A stretch of 64,000 nt of DNA from Laetmonice hystrix (taxonomy: Eukaryota). Where the stretch lies: positions 28,584,001 through 28,648,000 of the forward strand of contig OZ249436.1 of the NCBI GenBank assembly GCA_965235115.1, read 5' to 3'. Of this stretch, positions 27,001 through 42,000 are shown in pieces (position 1 is the first letter of the stretch; the number at the start of each line of letters is the position of its first letter). Under the pieces are notes generated by a model that saw nothing but the letters and a program-made list of their open reading frames with translations, had not been told where the DNA came from and ran no database searches. The translations under genes were made by a program, and so were the position numbers.

Positions 27001-30000
27001 TTAAATCCCAATATTTTACTGCATAAATAACAAACGTCGAAAGAGATTTTTATATGGGAGGAGGATTATTTTGTGTCGCATTCTTCATTTGAATTATTCT
27101 CCTTCCATATTTACATAGTCGTTTTTTGGGTGATGCTGAACAGTGGCGGATTCAAAGGGGCCACCCCCCCCCCCACCCCACCCCCACCCCCAATTTTACC
27201 CGAGCAATGTTTCATATAGATGGGAGTAACTCTTGCCTATTTTGTGCTAATAAAAATAATTGAATCTCTTTGAAAGATTTGGGAGAAATTTCTACTCTCT
27301 ATGTTCAGAAAACACGTCTCTGGCGTTCCTGACAGAAAGATTCTAGGGGAGGGCCACCAGACCCCCCCCCCCCCGAATATGGGCTGCCTTCGGTAGCCAC
27401 CGATTGTCCACCAAAAGGTGGGCCCCAAATTTCCTGAAATCCTGGATCCGTCAGTGTTGAATGAGTTCAATCTTTTTAATGCAAACTATTGGGAATCAAT
27501 CTCTAATTGCTTTTTATGTAAAAGTGGTTTAACTGGAGAGATTTTGAGGATCCAACTTTATAGTAATGTTCTACCAAATCTAGGACCGATGGAAATTATT
27601 TTTAAATAAATTATGTGCGTAACGTAAAGTAAATTCGTAATTGTAAGCATTTTTGTGCCGATGCAAGCGTTGTGTGATCTGCACAAGAATAATCAGCTGC
27701 TTTCAACTTAGATAAAACATAACATTGCAACATATAAAAAACGGACTGCGGTTTTAATGCTGATATACAGTGAACCCGAAAGGTTTTTTTTATCAAGCTC
27801 TCTGACATATCCCTTGAAGTGTCTGCTTTTCCTTTCAAATATTTTTTTGTTTTCATGGAGTAGATGTAAGACGTGGAGTATAGTATAGTTTTTTGTAGCG
27901 CACTGTGTGTACGCATCTATTAACACATAGCCATGTTTATCCTGTTGTAGGTGCCCTCCAGCAAACAAAAGGTAGTCTAAATATGAAGTTGTTTGTGGCA
28001 CTGTATAGATGGTATTCAGTTGGCCATCTGTCTCGTGATGACAAACCGATATCTCATGAATAACTTTGGTAGTATTATTATATTTATTAGTATTAATATT
28101 ATTATCTTTTTCTTTTTGTTTTTGTCTGTGTGTTTTGTGTTGCATGCGTATACTTTTGCGGGCTCTGTGAAAACTTTCTATACGTGACGTATGATAAATA
28201 AAGATTGTTGTGTATATAGCCATTGTGACTTTCAGAATATGTAATATATGTAATATATCCAAGTAACATCGATCCTGGCAGGAAAAGTGCCAGAGGTACT
28301 TATAGTGGGGGCTTTACCCCCACCTTTCATAAGTTTACTCTGATCCGATTGAAATAGTTTGTTCTTTCCAAATGTACCAATTATACACGCTGAATGAATA
28401 ATGGTCCTTAATGAACACCGCGACCGTAAAAGACCGCCGGTGGTTGCAGATACCCTGCGGGTTTGATAATTGATCAAAGCAGGCCTTGGTCTTACCGCAC
28501 ACCATGAAGGAATCGCATTATTTAACTAAAGTACGCATCAGTCTACATCTCACCGAAACACGAAAGATGATATATACACATGCTTTGGACTGCATGATTG
28601 AGCTTATCACTGAGGTGCCATCCTCAGAAGAAACCCTATCCACATGAACGAGTGCTCTCAAGAGAAAGATAATTTTCGTTGTTTATGAAATGATATAACA
28701 CTGCGGTAACTATAGCTGAACGGTTGAGACAATTATCTTTTCAGACGGTCACACCCTATCATGCGATTGCCTCGCCGAAGACCAACAATGTTGTGCTCAA
28801 TAGCAATCATTCATACTTCATTCTTGTCGACAACGGCACGGTTGGCAAGTATGGTGCAGAGATATTGCTACGGAAGAAGCTCGAGAAATACATCTCTCAA
28901 CAAAAGATCATGACCAGTAAGCATTCGTCATCGGCCATAATTGCGAGTTGTTTGGCAAGCGCCAAAGTCTTTTGAAGATAATGAAGCTTCAAGTGTGAAT
29001 GTATCTAAATATAAATCATGTAATGGCAGGCATGCGGTTGTTATACATAATCAACAGGGTATTTGTTACCGGTGCGACAAGTGCATTGCCCCCGCCCTTG
29101 ACGTGTGAAATTGTAGACACATTATGCAGCTGATACATTTGTTCCATAAGAGGCCTGTAGCTGTAGTGTAGATCGAAGCTTAGTCGAAAAGTTTATGACT
29201 CCGCCACTGCGGGCCGCCGCCTAAAGGGGTGGGGTGGGGGGGGGGGGGGTCATGTGGCCATGATCTTTGGCAGCGGTTCCTAGTTATCATTAGTTCTTTC
29301 ACACTACTTTCTGAATTGACCATGTTGCGCCCCCCCCCCCCCCGTTTTAAGATTCCTCTGGGACCCCCACCTCCTAAGTTTCGTGCGTGTTCTCGTTTGA
29401 CAGGGAGTGGCACCAAGAGTTACAGCACGCCAGTGGTCTGTCTGATTCTCGAGGGAGGCACCAACACCATCCGTACCGTGCTCGAGTGTATCACCGACTC
29501 GCCGCCCGTGCCCGTTGTTGTCTGTGATGGAAGCGGACGTGCCGCCGACTTGTTGGCATTCACACACAAATTCGCTCAAGACGATGGGTACGTGTGAACG
29601 TTCGTGATTCCAAACAGGCCCGCGAGGTGGCGCGCGGTGTGGTGCTGCCGGTCACCGCTAGGGGGACCCCGGCAGTGACAGTGGGCTGGTTGGGTGTTGT
29701 GCGGTCTCGTTAACAGCTTCTTGTTCAACCCTTTGTCGTATTACAGGAAGGATCGCAGACTTATGGAAACTCTGGGAAAGCCCTGGAAAAATAAAAATCT
29801 TTTCTGCTCCTGGAAAACCTCAAAGAAATGAATTAGAATCTTGCAAACTCCTGAAAAATTGGCAGTTATTTTGTATCAATATTTCTTCTGGTGTAATGCT
29901 CATATTTGTGTTTTCTTTTGGAGACTGCACTTACTGCAGCAGTCACAATGTCTTGCCGAGAGACTGCTATAAAGAAAGTATTAAAAAAATGCATTTTTAT

Positions 30001-33000
30001 CGTGGAAAACTGATACAGTTTTGGTGTCCTCTAACTCTGCGATCCCTGCCTAGGCCATAGAGGTGTTTTGTTTTTGTCACGGAGTTTTGCTTTGTCACAC
30101 ACCATGTCACTTCATTTCGTCTGCCGTTGTAGTCCGCTGTTGGGGGTGAACATAATGGATCAGTCAGTTCGCACAATGTAGTACTGTGTCAGGCTGTTGT
30201 CAGTTTTATTGTGGTCGCTCATACGTATGACTATTTTTTTGCGGTATTTTGTCAACAATATATTTATCCTTTATTTCTCTATAGCAGTACAGTATGCCAT
30301 GGGCTTTGCATAGCCTTCAGATATTTCCGAATAATTAAGCAGTATTCTACGTCTATAAGCCGCCCCCCCCCCCCCCATTCCCCTCTCAGACTTTGAAACC
30401 AGATACACACTGGTAACATCTACAACTTACAGTGACACAAAAAGACTGCAGAAACGCAAGAATCAGATCTCCAAAAAGCACAAGGTAACCATAGGAACTC
30501 AGAACGGAAAGCTTGTCGAAGAGGAGTTACGGTTACTACGGCAGCAAGGATCAAAAACAATGTAAGAATCTTTGGAGGCACAGTGGCCAAAGTCGATGTG
30601 AGATTTCGCTTGCAAACTCGACCTAACCATCCCGCCCCCAAGTCGCTTTCCGGCAGTGTTCCCCGAGGAGGACCACGTGTGATTTCATAGGACTAAGGTG
30701 CCGGTGCATGTTACCACTGTTTAGGGAGAAAAAGCAAACTTATTACCGGGGAAACGTTGCTTTTTGCAGAATATTGTACGTTGTTATTGTTAACTGTATT
30801 CTGAGATGTTTGTTAGGTATAATGTTTGCAGCACTGCTGTAGAAACGCTTAGCACTGAATACTCGTGTGACCTCATAGAGAAAAATAACTTTTATTATTC
30901 ACCGAATGTTTAAGATTGATGAAGGTATTATAGTAATTAAGCTGTAATGTAGAATATTCCTACGCTGTTCTAAAGAAAGTACTGTTATCATACGCTTGCT
31001 TATTCAGCATGTCAAATGTCAGTAATAGCACTGTATATTATTAAACTGAAACAATGCACTAAACAATCATTATACAAAAACATTGGCTCAGCTGGTTCGT
31101 CCTATAAATAGAACTGTATGATTCACAGCTGTGCGTGTTACCCCACTTTGAAACAAGGGCACAGAGCCCCGTTTTTCAAACTTTAAAGTTCACACGGGGG
31201 CGGTTTTGAAGGCGGTCCAGCAGGGTTTTGAACCTAATGACATCGCCTAGATCGCTATTGATAAGTCTGGGTTTCCATAGAGGTCACGTTTTCACGTGTC
31301 ACGCTTCACCGTTCACTTTCTTGACGGTTTCCACCAAGTTCACGTTGACGTTTCACGTCAGAGAAAACGAGCAAGTTCGTTCATTGATTCACGCGTGACT
31401 CGTGACATGAGAGTGGAGAGTGACACGTGACCGCCTATGGAACCTGCACTTTGAAACTGACTTGTACATTCTTCTATTCACGCGTGAACCGTGAAACGTG
31501 ACACGTGAAAACGTGACCTCTATGGAAACTCAGCCTAATGTGCGCTGGTTACACGGTTTAGGAAGCTGGTGTTTTCACCTACTTGTCACACATTTGTGTC
31601 CCACCGCCGTCATTTTGGGCGGTTCAGTACACTTTTGAACCGTGCTGAACCGCCTTCAAACCCGCCCCCGTGTGAGGCCTGTTAATTTTGAAAAATCGGA
31701 TCCAGTACATTTAATGATATGCTTAAATGAATCTGCACTAGGGTACTAGGCTATTTGTAGGGAGGTTCCAGATGGCAGTAGGCCCATTGACTGGTCAGCT
31801 GAAAGCCAGCAAAATAAGGGATGACTTGCAAATTATAATAATGCATTACTTCTAAATAGAAATACAATAACACAAGTTTTAACTGCATATATACAGATTA
31901 CTTTCATGCATCTTTGGTATATATTTTTAGCAAAGTTTCTTGAGTGTTGAAATTTGTGTGTCCCTCAGATAATTATTGACCGTTAGGACCAATTATTGGT
32001 ACGATACCGGAAAACACATTAGTTGCAAACAAGTTTCAAGAAATTCATGTTGCCCTTGTCATTTTTAGTTTACAATGTTCCATTAATATTCTCTGCAACT
32101 ATGCTAGATAATTTTATTGTTTCACCAACATTTGTTGCCATAGACCGAAGCACCCCACAAGAGTTGAGGTGGTGTGAGTGATGATGCTATATTTGTTGAA
32201 TTCTCTGGACTTTGTATTGTTAGGACGATGCCTGAAACACTGCGAGACCAGCTCATTCTGACCATAGAGAAAACCTTCCAGTACTCCAGAGAGCAGGCAG
32301 AAAAACTTTTCATCGAGCTCATGCTTTGTGTCAAGAAAAAAGAACTTGTAAGTATAATAATTTGCCCTTGCGATCAAATACTGTACATCAGGTATTTTTC
32401 GCGTGTGTTTTAATTTTGCGTTTTCAAAAAAAAAACCGCGAAATTAAGAAACGCCAAATAAACACTTGGAACTGAAGTCACGGCGTGGCGGATTCTCCTA
32501 AACGCCAATTTAAGAAATGCTAAACCAGCCAAAAAATTTTAAAAACGCGAAATTTTTAAAAACGCGAAATTAAAGTGATACATGTATACAGTAAAGACTG
32601 TTATATGAAGCATACGATTGGACAACTTCCCGTTTTCTACGAATTTAGAAGCTGGTAATAAACTTTACGGAGATTTTTAACATCCTCCTTTTAGAGAATA
32701 AATGGAGCCTTGTAAAGAGAATACGAAATCCAAGTTTTTCTCCTCCAGATTACTGTGTTCCGAATGGGTGAAGGGAGTCAGGACATTGACCTGGCGATCC
32801 TCACAGCACTGCTCAAAGGTAAGTATCGAGACGGGCGTGTTTGAAACACGACCCCGGTCTGTAAGGATACCTACCTCTATAGATAATACTTACCTATCGA
32901 CCCCGCCTCTACATAAAGCATGTCTTTTTAAAATACTAAGCAAAAGTGATATGTGATGGTGCTTTCAAGGAATAAAGGACATCTGATTGCGTAGGATCTG

Positions 33001-36000
33001 TTTGCGACCACCTGTAAACTTCAGTATACCCTATCCGTGTGTTGAAGGCCGACATGCATAGTTATTTTTGACAAGTATTTAATTTATTTTTATGGTTGAT
33101 TTTTAATGTCCAGTGGATCTAAAATATCATTAAACTTATACTATATATACCATGCAGCTGTAGACTTTATGACATAGGATAATTGTGTTGTTAGAGATTA
33201 ATAAAAATGGTATTTGTTAATCGCCCTAGTTTAATCACAGAATTCCTTACAAAAGTAGATTAAACGACCAATAGTTTTAGTACTCATTAACATCTGATTT
33301 TAGAGGAAGTCTTAAAGGGACATAAATAATATATCCATTAGCAAACTCGAAAATACAAGTAACGTCGCCCATTGATTGTAGCCATGATGCAGATATAGGC
33401 ATAAGTATTTTGTCTGACAGTGGCCACAAACTTGAAGATCTTAGAAGTTAAATTAGCCTCTTTAAATTCTGTCTAAATTAGTTCTAAAGAGATTGCGTTT
33501 CTTTTTTCATATTTGTGACCACTGCCAAACCAAATGAATATGTCAACGTAATCATATGACACTCGAATTAAAACAGTGGTTATTGGGGAGAAGGGGTGGT
33601 GATGGATATATTCTTTACATCTCTTTTAGTAGATTTAGAAACAGAGTTTGAGGCTGCCTTTTTTATTTGAAAAGAAATTGTTTTAAGAGTTGAAAGTCAA
33701 AGCACCCATACAAGCAAATCAGTTAAAATACTGCGTATCCCTGATGATACTGCCGACGTAGAAACGTATTTGTTGGTGTGGATTTTTCTTTCTTTCTTTC
33801 CTTACTCGAAGCTAGTATCCATTGAGAGATTTAAAAACACAAAGACTCATAAACTGTGGTTATCACTCTCCACTGTTTGCCGTCTTCACCACTGTATGCA
33901 GAATTGTGTGAGTAGACAGATCTCTCCGTTTGGTAAGCCAAGGGTGTTCGCGCCTTGCCTGCCACACCTATCACTCTTGCTGTTAAGTGTTGCCGTCCCC
34001 TTCATGTTGCCGACTGCAGACAGAACGTACCACTGAGGGACATTTTGTCATGAACGTCTGCTTCACGCCCCCGTGAGGACAAATCAGTTCTGACAGCGAC
34101 CAGTCTGATGGCCGCTGAGCCCCCACAATCAGGGTTCCCACTGGGTCTGTTTGTTTATGTATTAATTGATAGAATGGAATTTAGAACTGGGGGAAATATT
34201 TTGAGAATAGCGGAGGGAATACTGATTTGAAAGTGTATAGCTAAAAGGAGGTGTTTTGTTCCTGACGAAACAGAACTGAATGAAAAGGTCATTAATTTAC
34301 GTAATGTTGAACGGAGTTGGCTGTTTTGATTTTTTACAACTGTTTGACGTTCGTCCATAGCGGGTGGTTTTGATAAACTCGGTATTTCAAGAAATCATAT
34401 TCCTATTACTGAATCGTCCACCGGATAAATCATTGTTTTATATTCATGAATTTTCATGAGGGTACATCTTCGTCTATCGGGATATCACTTTTGTTAGACA
34501 CAATGCTGCCACCTAGCGGTGAGCAGCAGCGTATAGAACGTTTTGCTAAAGAGGCCCATTACGAAAAATCTAAATCGTACATAATGCCGATTTTGAACTC
34601 TAAAAGGACAAAGGAGTCCGAAAAAGACAATTCTACCATTAAACTTACTCTATTGCTGTATATTGACTGCTGTTCAATAAGTAAACTTGAAACGGTGTAC
34701 ACCGTTTCTTTTTCTATAGGTTTATAGGTAGAATTTTCTTTTTCCAGGGTCTTTCTTCTTAAGAAAGAAAATCGGCATTTGGTATTTTTTAATAATTTTC
34801 ACAGAGTATCTCTTTAAGACCACTGTGGGAGCCCTGAAAATTGAGGTTCTGTTCAGCGGACATGGCTGCTGCTGGCGGTTTTCCTATCACTGAGATTGGG
34901 TCCCGCAATAGTAAGTGGGAAATTGTCTGAAAAAGACATAATTCTCAGGAAAATATGCGTTTGATTTATAAACCTTACGTTTTATTAGTTTTTTTTTAAC
35001 AAATTGGTTGAGATATTTTAAAAGTTTCAATTGCACACATTCTGGAAATAGCATCATACACAAAAACCTGACCAAAAAACACACACAAAACCGACTTTTT
35101 AAAGGATTAATGATATTAGGCCTACTTTTATGGAACGTCACAACACAGATCTTCCAAAATTAGGCAGTGCCAATAACAAGATCCAAATGTACAACAAGGG
35201 ATTAAATATCACATATGTGAGCAATTTTGTACCCTGTATTGTCATTGCATGACATTATGTATCTGGTGAGCGTGATATCGTCTCCAAGCCGTCCGTTCGT
35301 ACCTCCTCTCAATGTTATACCGGTTTGTTTGTCCCCAAACAGCAGCACGAAGTTATACTCCAAGCTTTTACAGTTTACCCGTGCTGACCTCTGGCGGTGT
35401 AGCGACAAATCATCCTGTTCCAAACCACAGAGTTGATGTTCAACAACACGCCATAGTAGGGAGGGGTTTTTTTGTGAAGAACCAGAATGCCTGTACCATA
35501 AGGAGGAACATCTATTCGAGAAAACTGTTTCTTGTCGATCGGAATGATTGCTCTTTTGTATTGAATCAGTTATAGACGGTGTATTTGTGATCGTAGTTCA
35601 GACTGCCATTGACTCGTGTGGTGCCATCTAGTGTTAAACGCGGTATTCTTGCTGCCCAGTTTCGGCATTGTTATTTTGAACATCTTGAGCTAAAGCGTCA
35701 GGGACAGGCTGTAGTCATATATCTGATTTTACTTAATGTATTTGTTGAATAATTCATTGGCCAATTCTGTAATACAAAATAGATTTTAAAAAGTAACTTT
35801 TATTCTCTCTCGAAAGATCCACATAGAAGGTTTAGGATAGATAAGGTTGTTGCCAGGTAAGTTGGTTCAATCCAGCTTGAACCCTGTAAGGTCTAGTGTT
35901 GTAAATCTGGTGTGAAGCACTCAGACCAATAGGTGGACGATTCGTATCTTGCACTATAATACTGGTATTCATGTTGTAATTTTTTTTCGGATGGACAGGA

Positions 36001-39000
36001 TGATTTAAACACCGTGCGATTTTTTTTCAGTTTCAATTCAAAACGCATAGTTTCTTGTCAATAGGCTTCCTTTTAAGGCATTATTATTCTCCCAGCGAGA
36101 CAAGTAGTTACACTCCCTTTATTTAAAAGTATTAATTATAATTGATTGCAAGTTTATTAAACAATACATGCACATATAATACCCAATTTTCATCTGGAAT
36201 TTTTTTTAAAGGACAACATAAAAATAATGATACTGAACCCGGTCTTATGCAGCCTGAAAGGTATATTTTGTATAGTATCCTCTATATATATGTATATTAT
36301 ATGTTTAGATTGAGCGCAGAAGGACATTTGACTGCAGGTGCCCGATGAGACTTCATCTGTGTCCGGTACTCAGTTCTCATACTGATGTGTTTCAGGCCAA
36401 AATGCCAGTGCTCCAGACCAACTGAGCCTTGCGCTGACGTGGAACCGAGTTGACATCGCCCGTAGTCATATCTTCGTCTATGGACAGGAGTGGCCGGTAA
36501 GAAAGAAGTGCAAATGATTCCTTCCATTTCTTGTTTTAACCTTATTAAAATCGTTATTTTAAATGTATTATGACAACAGGGAAGGATAAACTACACTTAT
36601 GCTGATTCGCCTCAGAGATAAATTTCATTCAGTGTTTATCTACCACATTAGATTAATATTGTTGTGAACTCGTAAACAATAACTTATATTTTTGTGAGGG
36701 GAAATTTTTTTGTTATTAATTTTAAATTATTGGGTTTGGTTTTATTGACACAGAATGATATTAAAATATGAATAGAGAAGAGAGTGGTGATATGAACAGG
36801 TATTAAACAGATTCTTAAGTACAGCTAAGATTGTATCATTGATGTATGTTTGTAACAGGACTGGGTACGTACAACCAGCCCGACTAGTTCGTTATAAGAA
36901 GGTGGTTGGGATGGAATGAATCTTTATCTCACATCTGTATGCTCAGCAATGTTTGTTAAATAAGAAAAGCACATAAGTAAATAAACAAAAAATATTTTTT
37001 AAAACACACACAAGAATACCCTATACTTTAGTAAAAACAATATGCGTTTCTTTGCGTTCTTGAAGGTTTATACATGTCCTTGAATGTTGATTTCGAACGA
37101 CTTTGAAAACGCTATAACTAATATTTTCGCAATACAAATTTACATTCCTTTAGCATGCGATGTTCGATTCTTCACATTGAAGAGCATAAAACTAATGGTT
37201 GAAGGAAAGTTTGTTCTTGTGTTCAGACTTCCTTCCAGAAATTTGCTCAGTTTATGCTCCAGCTGCACCGGTTTCATCATTGCTTGGTCGGCAGCTCTCA
37301 GAACATTGCTATGGAAGAGGGCTATGTGCTCAAAGAGAACTTGTTTCATGCTTCTGAAAGGTTTTGGTGTAGAAACTGGATAAGGGTTGTTTCATAAAGT
37401 GTTTGAATGTTAGACTAGCCGTCATGAGGGGTACATTGGGCATCCTTGACGATCGAATGGAGACACTAGAGGCCTCAACGTCATATTTATCAGAGGACTT
37501 TAGAGTGGCACTCTGGAACTCTCTTCTCAAGAGGAGGAGAAGAGGGTTAACTGGGGGCAAAAATGTGACATAAAAAATCTGTTCGTAAACAGATATATAT
37601 TTTCTTGTGGTACTGTATATCAAGCAGACCATGTAATGAAGCCTTTGAACAAACTCTCATATAGACTTTTCTCGCTTCTTTCCTCTTTATTTTCCTCTAA
37701 TAGCTTGAATTCCAAAAATTCTGTAACGTTTATTCCATCCCCTATCCAGGGGATGGGATCTAGAAATTGTCTGATTTAGGTTTACGAGTAGTAGTTTATA
37801 GTAGTAGTACTAGTAAGTAGTAGTAGTAGTAGTAGTAGTAGTCATAGTTTTTTAAGATATCTTAAACTTGGTGGACATAGTCACCAAATGTGATGTTGCA
37901 ATGATTCATGACGTCATGACGTTATGACGTCATTCGTGTTCTGATTATTAGGACGGTTTTCAAGGTCAATATGGAGACTTTCTAATATCTCAAAACTAGT
38001 TCACTCAAATCCCGCTATGCGCCCCTAGCGCTGAAAGCCCACTTCCGCCGACACTGGTGGGACTTCTGATGTCAACATCCAGTAGGCCTACGACACACCG
38101 CCATCGTGGTTTAACAACGACATGTCTAGTTTCACCATGTTCTTTCGAAGATGTGCCAGACTTGGGATGGCCTGGTGGATTTATTCGAGTACCCGCGTTG
38201 TGTGTGTTGTGTGTTGGGGGGGGGGGGGGGGGTGTCAGTCCGCCTCGTGAATGGATGCATGAGTGTGAATGTCTGGGTTTACATCCGGTACACGCTTCAG
38301 TATAGTAAAAGGGCTTATTTCATTTTGTTCAGCGCTTCAAAGGCTTGTTTTATATGTTGTGACGATAAAGGTTAATAGTCCTTATTTGCATCCTACCTGA
38401 TAGGGCCTTATAAATAAAACTAAAATGGGATTATTGGAGTCGGGTCAGTGTCACGGGTAGTGAAAATAAGGATAGAAGTGATGAGAAAAAGACACATTTG
38501 TGTCCCAGTTTGATTTGCTGTGATTAAAATTGGATGGTTGTTTAGTCCTCTTCAATATGTATGTCCGTGTTTTAGGAAGGGGCCCTGGACCAGGCAATGA
38601 TGGATGCCTTGGTAAACGACCGTGTAGACTTCGTCAAATTACTTCTAGAAAACGGAGTCAGTATGCAGAAATGGCTGACCATCCCGCGGTTGGAGGAACT
38701 ATACAACATTGTAAGTCAGGTCGCTAAGGCGTTCACTGTCTTTGTAAGCTGGTCGCTGTACGCGCTTCATGTCAGTGCTAACTCTCGGTCGGGGCCATGA
38801 CGTCATGTTACGTCATTGCCTTAGGACAGGAGTCTTTTTCTTATTCTATTTATATTTCGAATAATATTTGAATATCTTTTTTATTATAGACTAGTCAAGT
38901 TGACAGATCATGTTGACAGAATTTGTTTTAAGAATATAATTTCATTGTCTGTCAGCGGTAAAGGCAGCACCGGAGAGTTTTACTTCACTGTAAGTAACAA

Positions 39001-42000
39001 TACATGTATATCAAGGAGAGTACAACAGGTATCCTCTGTTGGCACATTCCAGAAACAAGACCCGACAAGTACCCTGCGATACCTGATCAGAGAAACCAAA
39101 AAGGTAAAATTTGTGCATATTTGGCATAATTCAATATCATTATTATTATTATAAACGTAAATTGAGTACTTTGATGTTATTCTTAGATTGTACAATACTG
39201 TGTACCCATATCATTAAAATGCAGGTCACAGTAACTCCAGCAGAGACCCATAACTCGACAACATTGTAGCAGTAAAGCAAATTGCCATTGTCACTGCCTT
39301 CAGCTATCCCAAGTAATTGTAAGATTATCCAATTTTTGTCGTTTCATAAAAGAAGCATCGAACGAGAGGCCCTGGTTCAAAGGAATGCCCTTTGTAGTCT
39401 ACTTTTCAGATGGTGCAGTTTAGATAATAGTTTATTTCCTGGAGCAGCATTTTAGAAACGTATGCTGTAGATAATATCTTGAATTCATAGTCTCAGTATA
39501 CGCCTCTTTTTCTTTGTGAAACACCAGAATCTGCCGCCGGGTTACAAAGCAACGCTGTTCGACATTGGAATAGTCATTGAGAAGTTGATGGGAGGGGCCT
39601 ACAGATCATCCTACTGCCGCCGAAAGTTCCGAACTATGTACAACGCTGTGATGCGAAAGGTATGCCTTCAAAGTCTCACCCCAAGCCCGTTGTCATGTAT
39701 ATATTTTATTTTTATTTGTAGAGAGAAAGAGTTTCAGGTGACACGACTAAAGGCAGCGTTGCATGATTTGGTCTGCCAGCTAACAGCTGTCCTATTCTTC
39801 CAGCCTACACACGATCGAGTGTAGTGCTATATCACTTGAAGAAGTATCTTCTTCTTCAAAAGTCTTGACCAGATGTTGGGATCTCTTGTTTCCTGTATGA
39901 AGTCGGTAGGCAAATCGATCCATACAGCTATGTGTGCATGCACGTAGTGTGTTTTAAAATAGGTGCGGGGCATGTCGTGTGTAATAAGATAATTTCACCC
40001 GAAGTAGGTAAATAATTGGATATTATGTATCATGTTTGAACAAGTCAGTCAGCTTTCTGATATTTTACTATGAGCAGTTCTTCCAGCCTTTGACTTGATT
40101 TTGCTCAATGAAAACGTAAAGGTGATATTGACTTAACATTTGCAAAGAAGGTGCAGCAGACATGTCCAAGACATGTGTAAAATTCCCTTGGTATATAGAT
40201 TTCCTGGACGTGTAACGTTCTGATTCAGAAAGCTGTCCAAAGTGTATAGACACGTATTTATCAGTAGGTACAGCTTCTAGGCCGCAGTAGTGAAACAGTC
40301 GTGTCAGTTCCCATGGAGTGTGTAGGCCGGGTCTTGTATTGGAATGTAGAAATGGCGCTGCAGCACATGTACACTCAGTGTCGTGATTTGATTGGACGTA
40401 TATTTCATGCCCTCCTGACGTTCGTGACGTATTACCATGTGTTTCTGACGTGACGTACCCCGCCAACGTTTGTCGACGCGGGCCGCGACGTGGTCCCAGC
40501 CAAGGCCGACGCCGTTGTGTCTAGTCTAGCTGTGTCTCGTAAATGATGTAGTACTACATTGGTTGAACGTTTGCACTCTTTGCTTTCTTTGACTGCACTC
40601 AGTCTGCCTCGGGGAACTTAGGAGCACACACACCGGCTGGAACCCCTGTCATGGGCAGAAAGTTCCGACTGGACTTCCACCGTGGAAGCTCGGCACCCTC
40701 TTCTCCTCTTCCTCAAATCAAAACTTTCAAATCTGAGAGCAGTCTGAATGCCTTCGCGTCAAGAGGAAGCGGAGAAAAGAGCCCAGTAGAGTCCAGCCAT
40801 TTGTGTCCGCAGGTTCGAAACGGTTACTCTAGTCTTCAGTACAGTGTCAAGGATGCATTTTGGGAATGTTGGCCGAATGTAACCATTGAGAGAACGACAT
40901 TTGTAGTCTCCAATACCATGCAGTTTTCATAACCTTAGAGTGAATATTTCAGATTGTATTTTTCCTTTGTGTCTGTTTTGTAGAGGTGTGAATGGTTATT
41001 GCTGATATTTGGTTTCATATTTGCTTTCAGAATTTCGTTGTCCTACTGAGCTTTTCAAATGTAATGGTTCCTGCAGATTCAGTATTGATTTCCATAGGTT
41101 TTGTCTTCATTGCTACATTAGAGTAAGAAGTCCAGTATAGTTTAGATGTGCGAGCCCTTGATGAACCATTACCTACCCTTATAATAGCTTTGCAGTTGCT
41201 GCAGTCTTACACCCTAGATTTCTTTGATCTTATTCCAGTTGTTTCCCAGTCAGCAGCATGCATTGATGGTTGATGACAAAGAGCGATATTTTGTTTTTAC
41301 TCCGAATGACGCTTCACGTTTCTCAGCTCTCAATCTGCCGTACCCTGCTCAGCCTGTTTTTCAATCCTCGAACATGAAGAACGGTGCCGCAAATGTGAAA
41401 CTATAGATAACAATATAATGAATATACGGTTATTATTTCTATGTGTACTTAGAGAAATATTCGTAAATTTATCAAAAGAACATGAACTTCATCTACCAAT
41501 ACTGTAATAGGGGGAGTAGACCGAGAGCTTGTGGAATGAAGAGGATGTTTTTATTTCACTTCAAATACCTGTTTTCATCCAGCGACAGCAAACATCGTTG
41601 TGCCAAGAAGTAATAGCATCCGGCATTCAACAAGTTATGATCATTGATTTTAAAAGGCTACAATACATTCATATAGTCATTCTTGAAATGAAAGTCAGTT
41701 CGTCTTGTATGTGTGTGTACCATTGTTTTTAAATTGCATACTATTACAGACATCTCAGGACATACAGGACAAAATGAAGCAATCTTGGTTTCAGACGAGC
41801 TCCTAGACTGATTTGCGGTTCATAGCCATTGTTTGTCGCCTCATCTTTCTCCATTTGCAATCAACGATGTTAACCTATCTATTATCATCTTCACAATAAT
41901 GTACCTGCGCATTTCATTTCGATTGGAAATTGTTATTGTAAAGTAAGCCCCTCCTCAAATGTCAGTGTAAGTGTGCTTTTGAAAATGAGACAAGTGAGTG

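Noticed and set aside
27708..28262. 184-aa minus-strand ORF
   Set aside because: AT-rich low-complexity intronic sequence with no recognisable protein features.
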